From an uncultured Holophagales bacterium (GTDB taxonomy: Bacteria; Acidobacteriota; Thermoanaerobaculia; Multivoradales; UBA5704), in assembly GCA_963842525.1 (NCBI GenBank), contig CAWJGT010000009.1:1856001-1920000 (forward strand): a stretch of 64,000 nt of DNA, written 5' to 3'. This document shows positions 49,374 to 60,752 of the stretch, in pieces. Numbering within the stretch: position 1 is the stretch's first letter; every line of letters begins with the position of its first letter. The position numbers and the translations under genes were made by a program. Below the pieces are notes generated by a model. That model was not told where the DNA came from and ran no database searches. It saw only the letters and a program-made list of their open reading frames with translations.

Positions 49374-49425
49374 GCCCAACCCGGCGCTGCAGGACGCGCC
49401 GCGCCCCTGAGCTTTGTCGTTGGCG
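49374..49425 (+). other. attC site 4 (short, possibly internally deleted)
   Basis: GCCCAAC ... GTTGGCG, 52 bp. Confidence 0.6.
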
Positions 49426-49591
49426 ATTGACATGAAGCTGCTACAACAATCCCGATTGCTCTTTACGCTGGTGCTGTCTTTTGGTCTCGGGGAGCGCAAC
49501 TTCCGCGTTCTACGCGCGTAGAAAGCCCTAGACGGCATCGCTGAGTAAGGCGGTCCAGACGCAATCAAGTCACAGGACTGAGGAGAAGACA

Positions 49592-49933
49592 ATGTTTGCG
49601 TGGCTCATGGGTCTCAAGGCCATCTCCCCTGCCGGGCTGCATCAACTGATGCAGGACAAACCAGTAACGGCCGTGGATGTCAACTCTCACCAGAGCTGGG
49701 TACAGGCTCGCGTCTCCGGCGCGCTGAACCTTGATCCGGCCGGCTACGACGAAAACAGTCTTCCGGCGGACAAAGACTCGCTTCTGGTGTTCTATTGCTC
49801 CAACCCGCTGTGCAGAAAAGCGCCCAATGCAGCTCGTCGAGCCAAACAAATGGGCTACCGCAATGTTCATGTCATGTCAGCAGGCATCAGCGGCTGGCTC
49901 AATGCAAAGCTCCCAACGGAGTCTGGCGACTGA
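49592..49933 (+). CDS. Rhodanese-like protein
   Basis: VDVN, VFYCSNPLC, AGISGW. Confidence 0.85.
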   Translation: MFAWLMGLKAISPAGLHQLMQDKPVTAVDVNSHQSWVQARVSGALNLDPAGYDENSLPADKDSLLVFYCSNPLCRKAPNAARRAKQMGYRNVHVMSAGISGWLNAKLPTESGD

Positions 49934-50046
49934 GCTTGCGCCGTCAAAAGACCAAGCATGATGCGGCTCCACGTCAGGGGAGCTGCGGGAGGACGGGTAG
50001 TAGTGCTAAACTAGAGGCGGAAGCGTCATCGAGAGGAGAGACCACG

Positions 50047-50575
50047 ATGATCCGTCCTTTGCTGCTTGCCCTTCTTTTCGCCACTGTCAATGAGCCAGGT
50101 GTGTCGCCGGACCGGCCTTCGCTGCCCGAGGATCCGTGCAGGCTGGCGAGGCGCATCGCCGAGGCGCCTCCGTGCCTTGAGCCGTCCGATTGCCAAGCGG
50201 TCGAGCTGTGGCGCCAGGCCTTCGGAGCTCCCCGAGGTCCTGCTGGTGCGGCCCGAGGTGCCCGGGACGCTCCCGCGTGCCCTGGAGTCCCGTCTGCCGG
50301 ACCGGCAGATTGCTCTCGGGGAGGGCAAGGAGCCCCTCGTTGCCGTCCTCCGCCGGCTGGCCGAGGCGTCCGGGCTCGATGTCCTCGTGGACCGGAGCGT
50401 CACCGGCGATTTCCGCGGGGAGTCCGGAACGGTCCCGCTCGACGAGGCCTGGCGCAGGGTCCTGACCTCCGGGCGGCTGTCCGTCGCTGTCGAAGGCAAG
50501 GTCGTGATGGTCGGGAGCTCGCGCGGCCTGCCTGGGCGTCCCAGAGGGAGCCTGTTCAACTGCCCCGCCCGCTGA
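50047..50575 (+). CDS. Secreted protein with an STN-like domain (frameshift near 50225)
   Basis: Signal peptide; PLVAVLRRLAEASGLDVLVDRSVTG...VPLDEAWRRVL. Confidence 0.55.
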
Positions 50576-50622
50576 GTCCCGGAGGCGCGACGACTGCGGT
50601 CGTTGAGATCCGCGACGCGGCG

Positions 50623-51036
50623 ATGGGGGACGCGGAGCAGGTTGCTCAGCTCATCACCGAGCTGGGATACCCGACCACCTTTGAGGCCATGAGGGATCGG
50701 CTTTCGACGATCCTGGCCGATCCGAGCTATGCGACGTTCGTGGCGGACGCAGGCGGTGACGTTGTCGGCGTGGCTGGAGCTGCTTTTTCCTGGTACTATG
50801 AAAAAGATGGCATGTATTCCCGATTGCTCGTCCTTGCCGTGTCGTCAACAACACGAGGGTTGGGCATCGGCGGTGAGCTCGTTCAGGCCGTCGAACGTTG
50901 GGCCATTGCCAAGGGCGCGCGTGAAGTAGTTGTCAACAGCGGGCTGCACCGCAGCGATGCCCATCGCTTTTACGAACGATGCGGATATTCCCGCACCGGT
51001 TTCCGCTTTGTCAAACAGCTTGGAGCGCAGAGATGA
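50623..51036 (+). CDS. GNAT N-acetyltransferase (true start may be slightly upstream)
   Basis: RGLGIGGELV, AHRFYERCGY. Confidence 0.85.
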   Translation: MGDAEQVAQLITELGYPTTFEAMRDRLSTILADPSYATFVADAGGDVVGVAGAAFSWYYEKDGMYSRLLVLAVSSTTRGLGIGGELVQAVERWAIAKGAREVVVNSGLHRSDAHRFYERCGYSRTGFRFVKQLGAQR

Positions 51037-51383
51037 CCGAGAATAAAAAAACGGTGGAGCAGTACATGGATGGCTTCCGGCAAAGCGACCATGAGCTGAT
51101 CCTGTCCTGCCTGACGGATGACGTCGAATGGGAGATGCCCGGCGCGTTTCACCTGGTTGGCAAGGAAGCCTTCGACAAGGAAATCGAGAACGATGCGTTC
51201 GTCGGCCGCCCCATCATCACCATCACGCGAATGACGGAAGAAAACGATGTCGTCGTCGCGGAAGGCTCAGTGCGCGCAGAGAAGAAGGCCGGCGGCTTCC
51301 TCAGCGCGGTGTTCTGCGATGTATTCATGATGCAACGTGGCAAGATCAAGAAATTGATCACCTATCTCGTGGTGGTGGAGTGA
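51033..51383 (+). CDS. SnoaL/NTF2-like protein
   Basis: LTDDVEWEMPG..GKEAF..VVAEG..FCDVF. Confidence 0.85.
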   Translation: MTENKKTVEQYMDGFRQSDHELILSCLTDDVEWEMPGAFHLVGKEAFDKEIENDAFVGRPIITITRMTEENDVVVAEGSVRAEKKAGGFLSAVFCDVFMMQRGKIKKLITYLVVVE

Positions 51384-51386
51384 GGC

Positions 51387-51872
51387 ATGATGGACAATCT
51401 TCAGCTCAAGCACGTGCCGATGATGAAGACCGGAATGCTGATCCGCAAGCCGGTCGCCGATGTGTTCGAGGCCTTTGTCAACCCGGACATCACCACCAAA
51501 TTCTGGTTCACCAAAGGCAGCGGAAGGCTCGAGGCTGGCAAGCAGGTCCAATGGGAGTGGGAAATGTACGGCATCTCGATCCCGGTGACTGCGAAAGCCA
51601 ACGAGCTGAACAAGCGCCTTGTCATCGAGTGGCCGGGATACAGTGGTCCCATCACCGTGGAATGGACGTTCGCGCCGCAAGAGGATGGCACGACATTCGT
51701 CAGCATCACGGAGGAGGGCTTCATTGGCGACGGGGACGAGCTTGTGAAGCAGGTGACCGACTCGACGCAAGGGTTTTCTCTGGTGCTCGCGGGCGTCAAA
51801 GCGCTCCTCGAGCACAACGTCAGACTGAATCTGGTGGCGGATCGTTTTCCCAAGGGGATCGAGGAACACTAG
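51387..51872 (+). CDS. SRPBCC/AHSA1 family protein
   Basis: IRKPVADVFEAFVNPDITTKFWF. Confidence 0.88.
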   Translation: MMDNLQLKHVPMMKTGMLIRKPVADVFEAFVNPDITTKFWFTKGSGRLEAGKQVQWEWEMYGISIPVTAKANELNKRLVIEWPGYSGPITVEWTFAPQEDGTTFVSITEEGFIGDGDELVKQVTDSTQGFSLVLAGVKALLEHNVRLNLVADRFPKGIEEH

Positions 51873-51877
51873 CGGAA

Positions 51878-52294
51878 TCAGCCCAGGTCGCTCGCGTCCC
51901 CTTCCCCCAGCGCGATCTCGGCGTCGAGCTGGTGGCGCAGCTCCTGGGGTGAGATGACGGTGCCCTCGCCTTCGGGGGTAGGGAAGATGGCGACGGACAT
52001 GCGCTCCTCTTCGAGGAGGGGGAGGAGATCTTCGAGCAGCTCGCCGAGGGCGATCGCCTCCGGAGTTGCGCCCTCCCACTCCCCGTGCGCACAGGGCTCG
52101 GCGAACCTCGGGTGCGGCCAGAGGGGGAAGGAGTCGCCGCCGTCGGGCGTGCTCCCTACCACCCAGCCGGCCTCGCCGCGGAGCCCCCAGGCTTCTTCCC
52201 AATCCACGACGATCTGGAGGAAGAGGCTGTAGCGGTCCCGCGGCGGCAGGCCGAGGACCTGCCGCCGCTCGGTCTCGCTCAGGTCCCAGCTCAT
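51878..52294 (-). CDS. DUF2750-like protein
   Basis: RYSLFL..WGL..GW..PLWPHPRFA..VAIFP. Confidence 0.75.
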   Translation of the reverse strand: MSWDLSETERRQVLGLPPRDRYSLFLQIVVDWEEAWGLRGEAGWVVGSTPDGGDSFPLWPHPRFAEPCAHGEWEGATPEAIALGELLEDLLPLLEEERMSVAIFPTPEGEGTVISPQELRHQLDAEIALGEGDASDLG

Positions 52295-52357
52295 GAGCGC
52301 GCGGCCCCCCGCACGATCCAGGGCCGCTCGAAAAAGGTGGCGCCGCCTCGACGCCCT

Positions 52358-52467
52358 GCCCCGGGTTGACACCCGGGGCTACCCAGTTTCGCCCTCCGGG
52401 CTCTCGAATCAAGGGCTCTTTGAGCCCGGAGGGCGCTATTCGGTAGCCCAGGGTGTGAACCCTGGGC
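52358..52467. repeat. GTAG-type REP inverted doublet (second copy at 56684-56819)
   Basis: GCCCGGAGGGCG..GGTAGCCCAGGGTGTGAACCCTGGGC in inverted pairs. Confidence 0.8.
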
Positions 52468-52477
52468 GAGGGCTCGC

Positions 52478-54203
52478 TCAGGCATGTGCCTCCTCTTCGA
52501 CCTCCACCGCCTCGGCCTCGCCTGCTTCCTCCCCCTCTTCCAGGGAGGGGGGCGGTGTGGCCGGAGGTTGAGGTTCGGCGAGGGAGGCCGATGTTGCCTC
52601 GGTAGTCGCCTCGGTGGTGGCCTCGGTGGTTGGGGCCGGCTTCTCATCACCGCGCAGCTCCCCGAGGATCCACCCGGCAAGCATCTCCCTCTCCTGCTCG
52701 TCCAGCTCCAGGCCGGCGCTCTCGCAGAGGCCGAGGACGTTCCGGTAGAAGCACTTGCCGAGCGTCTCGGCGTCATCGCCGCCGTTCTGGCCGAAGCGGT
52801 GCCCGCCGAAGGTGATGCCCGCGCAGGATGAAGTTGACGCTGGCCCGGGCGATCGTGGCCCCCTCCTCGATACAGCGGTCGCGGACCGCCTTCGAGGTGC
52901 GGGTGAGGAAATACCCGTGGCCGCGGACCTCCTCGGCGATGTGGCGGAAGACCTGGGCGTACTCGACCGGGGTCAGGTACGGAGTGTCGGTGAGCTGGTG
53001 CACGCGGTAGGCGAGCGGGCCGAGCGCCGGGTCGAGCGCCGCCAGCTCGTCGGGGCGGCCGTCCGAGGGGACCTGGTGCTGCTCGGGGTCGTAGAGATAG
53101 CCGGGCTTGAGCGACGAGATCGCGAAGCTTGGGTTGGCCCGCCCGTCGAGCAGGTCGCGGAAGGTGCCGGCGCCGGCCCAGCGCGAGGAGAGCACCTCGT
53201 CGCCGAAGCGGCTGATCACCATCTGCGCGGCCCGCGCCATGGGCACCGCCGAATCGGCGCTCGCCACCACGGAGCGCACGTACTCCAGGATCTCCTCGGT
53301 GAGGCGGCTATGATCCACCGGGGCCGGGCGCACCAGGTACGAGGGCCGCTCGCGGCCGGTGGCCTCCTCGATCTCGGAGCGCTCCCCGATCCGCACCTTC
53401 CAGGGATCGCCGTCGACCATCAGGAGGTCCGGACGCGCCTGGGTGACCGCGGTGGCCATGTTGCGCAGGCTGTTGAAGCCGAGCCAGTTGGTGCTGGACG
53501 TGAACTCCGGGAACTCGCGGAAGATCCCGGGCAGGTCGGTCGCCACCAGCTCGCCGACGGCGCTCGCCTTTTCGTAGACCTTGTCGGAGATGCGCCGGAG
53601 GAGCTCCTGCATCGCCGTGGTGGCGGGCCCCTCGGTGCGGGTCGACTGGGTCGGGGTGACTCCGATCGCGTCTTCCAGGAACGTGTCCTGGTCGATCAGC
53701 AGGTCGCAGGCCGCCTTGTAGGCCACCGAGGCAGGACCGACGGCCAGGACGGCGCTGCGGCGGTCGTGCTTGGAGAGACGCAGGAGCACCGGCGTGAAGT
53801 CGGCGTCGCCGGAGAGGATGATGAACTCCTCGAAGCGTGTCGTGTGGTTCAGCGCATCGAGGATGTCCATGACCATCTGGATGTCGGCGCTGGTCTTGCC
53901 GCCGCTGGTCAGCGGCGGACAGTCCACCGCCTCGAAGGCGGAGCGGGTGAAGTAGGGCCGGAAACGGCCGAACTGGGAGGGGTTCAGGTAACAGCGCCGG
54001 AAGAGGATCTTCCTCTTCTGCCGCCCTTCCGTGTCTCCGGCGTCCGTGGGCAGGCGTTCCTGCAGCCACTGGAGCCAGAGAGAGGGATTCGTCGCGAACT
54101 GCTCCGCCGCGGTCGGGTCTTCCCGCTGTAGGCCCAGGTAGATGTTGTCGAAGTCGACGAACAGGGCCGTGCGGATGTGCGGCGGGTGATTGTTGTCTGC
54201 CAT
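52478..54203 (-). CDS. NYN domain protein with extended C-terminus (frameshift near 52820)
   Basis: LFVDFDNI, KTSADIQM, LSGDADF. Confidence 0.85.
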
Positions 54204-54566
54204 TGGGCCTCCAAGGGAAAAGAACAGGGGCGCCAGCCCATCGGACGAGGTGATTCTACGTGAACCGGGAGAGAAAGGCTGCGCAGGCGAAGCCGAAGCC
54301 GTCGTGGAGGCTCAGAGGGTGTTTTGGAAAACTCTGCTGGGGGCGTCGCCTTGGTCCCTCACCCCCGGCCCCTCTCCCATCCGCACTCCCTTCCCCCGGG
54401 AGAGGGGAGAAAAGCATGATCAGGAAGCTCCTGTGTGGGGGCTCCCCTCTCCCGGGCGGGTGTGAGTGCGGATGGGAGAGGGGTCGGGGGTGAGGGACCA
54501 GGGCTCGCGCAGGAATTTTCAGACACCCTCTCTGCGCGCCACACGAGGACTCTCGGATGTAGTAGC

Positions 54567-56643
54567 TCAGAGTGCCAGCCCGGGGTCGCCTTCGAGGACG
54601 CGCTGCTCGAGGCGTGGCCGCTCGCCCGGGCGCCACATCGGCACGCGGTGGACGACGCGATAGCGCAGCGGCCCTCCGTCCGCGCCCGGGCTGCGTTCGA
54701 GGGGCCGCGGGATGCAGACGAACTCGCATTCGACGGCATCCGCCGTCAGTTGCAACGTGGCGTAGCCGTGGCCGCCCATGTCGAGGAAGGACAGGTGCGG
54801 CGCCAGGTCCGGGTTCGACGCGCGGCGCGCGCGCTCGGCATCCCCGCTGCGCTGGTACTCCAGGCAGGCCCGCACGCCATGGTGCATCAGCAGGTTCACC
54901 ATGGGCTGCATCTTGCCGCCGACCTCGGTCATGTAGAGGGCGCGTCAGCGGGTGGTCCTTGGGGAAGCGATGCTCATAGGCCTCCACGAGGCCGGGCGCG
55001 GAGATGGAGCCGGTGATGAATGCGGCGCCGACCGGCTCGAAGGCGGCGGGCGGCAACGCCTTGGCAGCCAAACCCGCCCAGAAGCTGTGCCGGTCGCCCG
55101 AGACGGTCACGAACCCGGTGATGCCCGCGTCGCGCACCGTCTCGTAGATCTGGCCGCGTTCGGTGTAGGCCGTGCTCCAGTCGCCCCCGCCGCCGAAGCA
55201 GGCGTAGCCGGCGCCCGGCCAGGGCTTGGCCAGACCAGGAGGCAGGTTCTGCGGATCCGCGCGCCAGTCCAGGGTGCCCAGCGAGTTGCCCCAGACCTTC
55301 CAGGTCGCCCGTGACGCGCGCAGCCGGTCGAGGAACCATGCCTTCTGCTCGGCACCAAGGATGGTTTGCGGCGCCTCGTCCTTGCGGAAGTTCGGCACCT
55401 GGACGTCGCCGTACCGGATCGTCTCCGGCGGCCGTCCGGCCGCATAGGTCCGCCCGGCGTCGAGGATCTCCATCATTTCCTGCGGGACGAGCCCGGGGAA
55501 GTCATTGCTCTGGAGAGGCTGTGCCTCGGGGCGGTTGTCCGGCACCTCGGAACGATAGGTGCGCTGATCGGTGATGAGGAGCTCCAGGTAGCGCCCCCAG
55601 CGCAGGGTCCGATAGGCCGTGAGGCTGCCGATCGCCGCGAGGTTGTTCGGTTCCTGGCCGAGGCCGTGCTCGTCGAGCTTCTCGATGGGCGCGTTCTGCA
55701 CCTGTGGTGGATCGAAGCGCTCGAGCGACGGCCCGCCCGCGTGGCGCACGCGCGCCGGCTGATACTCGAACCATGCCTGATTGGCCGCGACCTTGACCGT
55801 CTGGGCCGGGCGCGACTTGCCTTCGAAAAGCTGGAACGACTGCCAGCCCATCCACGAGAACTCGTGGTTGTCCCACATCGGAACGAAAGGAAACCGCGCC
55901 CGCGCATCCTGCAGGTCCGGGTCCTGGAGATAGGCGCGATAGAGCACGCGATAGTCGGCGAGAGTCGTCGGCACCCGGAACCCTGCGATCTGCTCGCCGT
56001 GAGGGTAGCGAACGACATCGCGCACCCGGCGATCGTAGCGGTGCCCGCCGGGGACATCCTCCGGGTAGTCCACGACCTCGTAGACGAAGTCGCCGAGGTG
56101 CAGCACGAACGCGAGCTGGTCGTCGGCCGCGGCGCGTTCGTCCTCGAAGATCATGCGCCGGTAGGCGTTCTGCGCTCCCTCGCAGACGTTCTGGCAACTG
56201 ACGAAGGCGAAGCGCACAGGCAGGCGATCGTCGTCGGCCGGCGCGGTCCGGGCGCGTCCGATCCGGCTGCCACGGCCGTTCTCGTCCGTGAATCGATACC
56301 AGTACGTGCGGGCCGGCCGCAGCCCGCCCACCAGAACGCGGCAGGTGTGGTCGGCGGCCAGGAGGGCGACCGTGGGCGCCGTGGCGACCACCTGCTCGAA
56401 GGCCGGGTCCTCGGCCACTTCCACGGTCAGCCGGACGGCCTCTTCGGAGCCGCCCGCGGAGGCGCGCGTCCAGAGCAGGACGCTGTCAGGACCGGGATCT
56501 CCCGAGGCGACGCCTTCGGCAAACAGGTCGCGGCGCTCGACCCAGCGTGAGCGCGAGCGCAGGGCCCGGGGCCCTGCACAAGCCCACGTTGCCCCCATCG
56601 CGGCTGCGGCGAGGATGAGCTCTCTGCGTGTCAGACGGGCCAT
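54567..56643 (-). CDS. phoD: Alkaline phosphatase D, Tat-exported (frameshift near 54945)
   Basis: LTRRE signal; GVASGDP, HLGDFVYE, WDNHE, SGDRH. Confidence 0.9.
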
Positions 56644-56845
56644 GGTGCTGTTGAGTGTAGCGGGCTGGCACCGGTCTCGCCAGCCTCGCCCAGGGTTCAC
56701 ACCCTGGGCTACCCAGTTCCGCCCTCCGGGCTCGAATACCTGCGCTCGCTCCGATAAGGAGATCTTCGCGAGCCCGGAGGGCGCCATTCGGTAGCCCAGG
56801 GTGTGAACCCTGGGCGAGGGCGCGAGGCCCATCAGCACGGCCAAC

Positions 56846-58071
<1,226 letters not shown>

Positions 58072-58075
<4 letters not shown>

Positions 58076-58876
58076 TGCAGCACCTCTTCCAGCTCTTCTG
58101 CCGTGGGCGAGGCGATGGTGAAGGGAAAGGCGATGGCCAGCTCGGCTTCCGTGGCGGTGCTGCCGGGATGGGCCCGCGTCTGGACGATCTTCTCGTCGCG
58201 CCAGATCAGGCCGTCGCGCACGTAGACCACGCGCTTGGCGTGCGCCGCGATGTCCGGCTCGTGGGTGATCAGGATGACGGTCTTGCCGGCTTCGTTGAGC
58301 TCCTGGAAGATGCCCATGATCTCCTCGGAGGTGCTCGTGTCGAGGTTGCCGGTCGGCTCGTCGGCGAGGAGGATCGCCGGATCGGTGACCAGGGCGCGGG
58401 CGATCGCCACCCGCTGCTGCTGGCCGCCGGAGAGCTGCGAGGGGTAGTGGTCCTCGCGGCCGGCGAGGCCGACCCGGGCAAGGGCCTGCCGGGCGCGGCG
58501 GGACGCGCTCTTCGGAGGAGATGCCCAGGTCGCTGTAGAGCAGCGGCAGCTCGACGTTCTCCGTGGCCCGCGTCCGCGCCAGCAGGTTGAAGCTCTGGAA
58601 GACGAAGCCGATCTTGGCGTTGCGGATCTCGGCCCGCTGGTCGCGGTCGAGGCGCGAGACGTCGATGCCGTCCAGCAGGTAGGTGCCCGAGGTCGGCCGG
58701 TCGAGGCAGCCCAGGATGTTCATCAGCGTCGACTTGCCGGAGCCCGACGGCCCCATGATCGCCACGAATTCGCCGGGCTCGACCGTCAGGTCGACCCCAT
58801 TCAGGGCCCGGACCTCCATCTCGCCCATGCGGTAGACCTTCACGAGGCCGCGGATCTCGATGACGGGATTGCCCAT
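58072..58876 (-). CDS. ABC transporter ATP-binding protein (frameshift near 58500)
   Basis: GPSGSGKS; [10 protein letters not shown] and ITHE are in the second frame. Confidence 0.9.
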
Positions 58877-58879
58877 GGC

Positions 58880-60150
58880 TCAGAACCTTCCGAATCCGCC
58901 CGGCCGTCCGCCACGCGCGGTGCCGCTGCTCTCGGGGGCCTTGAGGGTCGCCAGCCCGGTGACCACCGGGTCGCCGGGCTTCAGCTCGCCGGAGAGCACC
59001 GAGGTCACCTGGGTGTAGCGGCCGTCGGTGATGCCGGTGCGGATGCGGACCTCGCGCAGCTCATCGGTCTTTCCGTTCTCGCTCTTTTCGAGGACGTAGA
59101 CGGTCTGCCCGGCCTGCCGGCGTTGCCGCCCTCCGCCTTCACTGCCTCCCGCCCGGGACGCCCCGTCGCTGCCGTTCCGCCGTGCCTGGCCCTGCTCCTG
59201 CCCCTCCGCCGTCTCCGGCCGGAAGCGCAGGGCGGAGTTGGGCACGCGCAGCACGTTGTTGGCCGTGTCGACCTGGATGGTGACGTCGGCGGTCATGCTG
59301 GGGCGCAGCTTGAGGTCGGGGTTCGGCACCTCGACGATCACCGGGTAGGTGATGACGTTCTGGTTGACGGTGGCGTTCAGGCGCACCTGCGAGATCTGCC
59401 CGCGGAACTGCTGGTCCGGGTAGGCGTCGACCGTGAAGCGAGCGGGCTGGCCGGCCTGGATCCGCCCGATGTCGGACTGGTCGATGTCGGCCTTGACCTG
59501 CATCTTGGTCAGGTCCTGGGCGATGGTGAACAGGGTCGGCGCCTGAGAACGAGGCGGCGACCGTCTGGCCGATGTCGTACTGGCGGTCCACCACCTGGCC
59601 GTCGATCGGCGAAAAGATCTTGGTGAAGCCGAGATTGGTCTGCGCCTGCTTGAGCGAGGCTTGCGACTGCGCGAGCTGGGCGCGCGCAGAGTCGTAGCCC
59701 GCCTTGGCGGCGTCGACCTCGGACTGCGCGACCAGGCCGGCGTCGAAGAGCCGCTTCTGGCGGTTGTAGGTGAGCAGGGTGTTGGCCATGTCGATCTGCG
59801 ACTTGGTCACGTCCGCCTGGCGCTGCTCGACCGGTCTGGAGGAACGGCGTCGGATCGAGCTCGGCCAGGACCTGGCCCTTCTGGACCTGGCTGTTGAAGT
59901 CGGCATAGAGTTTGGAGATGATGCCGGAGACCTGGCTGCCGACCTGGACGGTGGTCACCGCCGACAGGGTCCCCGTGGCGCTCGCGGTCGCGGTGATGTT
60001 GCCGCGGCTCACCGCGTCCGTGCGGTACTGTTCGCCCTCGTCGTCCCTGCCGCGCCGCAGGAAGAACAGGCCGACCAGAACCACAGCGACCACAGCGATG
60101 GCGGTGAGGAGAAAGCGGCGTTGCTTGTGGTTGTTCTCGAGTGGTTCCAT
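58880..60150 (-). CDS. MacA-like periplasmic adaptor (frameshifts near 59835 and 59545)
   Basis: VQVGSQVSG, IFSPIDG, FTVDAYP, LRPSMTA. Confidence 0.9.
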
Positions 60151-60524
60151 ATCTGGTCCGAACGCTTGATCCCTGTTGAGGCTTCCCGGATCGCGTCCGA
60201 TCTCCTTGGTCTTTACATTTTCCGTACAAATCGCTCCCCGGAAGAGGGTTCTGCAGGACGGGTGCCAGGACCAGACGTGCAGGCGCACGACCTCTCGACG
60301 CAACCCACTCCCGAATGGCGTATGATCCGCACCTACCGGAGCCGGAGGCTGGACTCGGTCAAAGCCCCCCGCCGGCTATCGGGCCATCCCGTTCCAGTCC
60401 GGCAGATGGGTTGACGGAGCCGCTCGTGGATTTGCTGGGAGCGCCGGCATCCCTGCCGGCCGACAAACCAAAAGATGGAATAAGGATGGAATAAGAAGGC
60501 CGGCAAGGATGCCGGCGCTCCCAG

Positions 60525-60596
60525 CGGTGTGTTCGCGAAGTCCAGGACCTCGACGTTGTCGAAGATGAGAATGCCGACGCTCCAGCGCTCTTGCAT
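60525..60596 (-). pseudogene. 5' fragment of a DJ-1/PfpI gene truncated at a REP pair
   Basis: GGAGG RBS; MQERWSVGILIFDNVEVLDFA, then REP sequence. Confidence 0.65.
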
Positions 60597-60669
60597 GCTC
60601 ACGTGCCTCCCGCCCGAGATGGCCTTGCCTCTTCTCGGCCAAAATTTGCCGGACTGCTTCGCAGTGCTC

Positions 60670-60752
60670 TCCAGAGGGGGGCAAGCCCCCCTCTGGACTC
60701 CCCCCGAAAAGAAGTCCAGAGTTTCAGAGACCAGAGAAATCAGAGGCCAGAG
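60670..60752 (-). other. Hairpin plus CTCTG repeats downstream of the CLec domain (DGR target-like cis element or terminator)
   Basis: 12-bp perfect stem TCCAGAGGGGGG/CCCCCCTCTGGA with a 4-nt loop; five CTCTG copies at 60717-60752. Confidence 0.55.

Noticed and set aside
49795-51036. 413-aa GNAT fusion protein
   Set aside because: Chance read-through across the rhodanese gene, the frameshifted STN-like gene and the GNAT gene.
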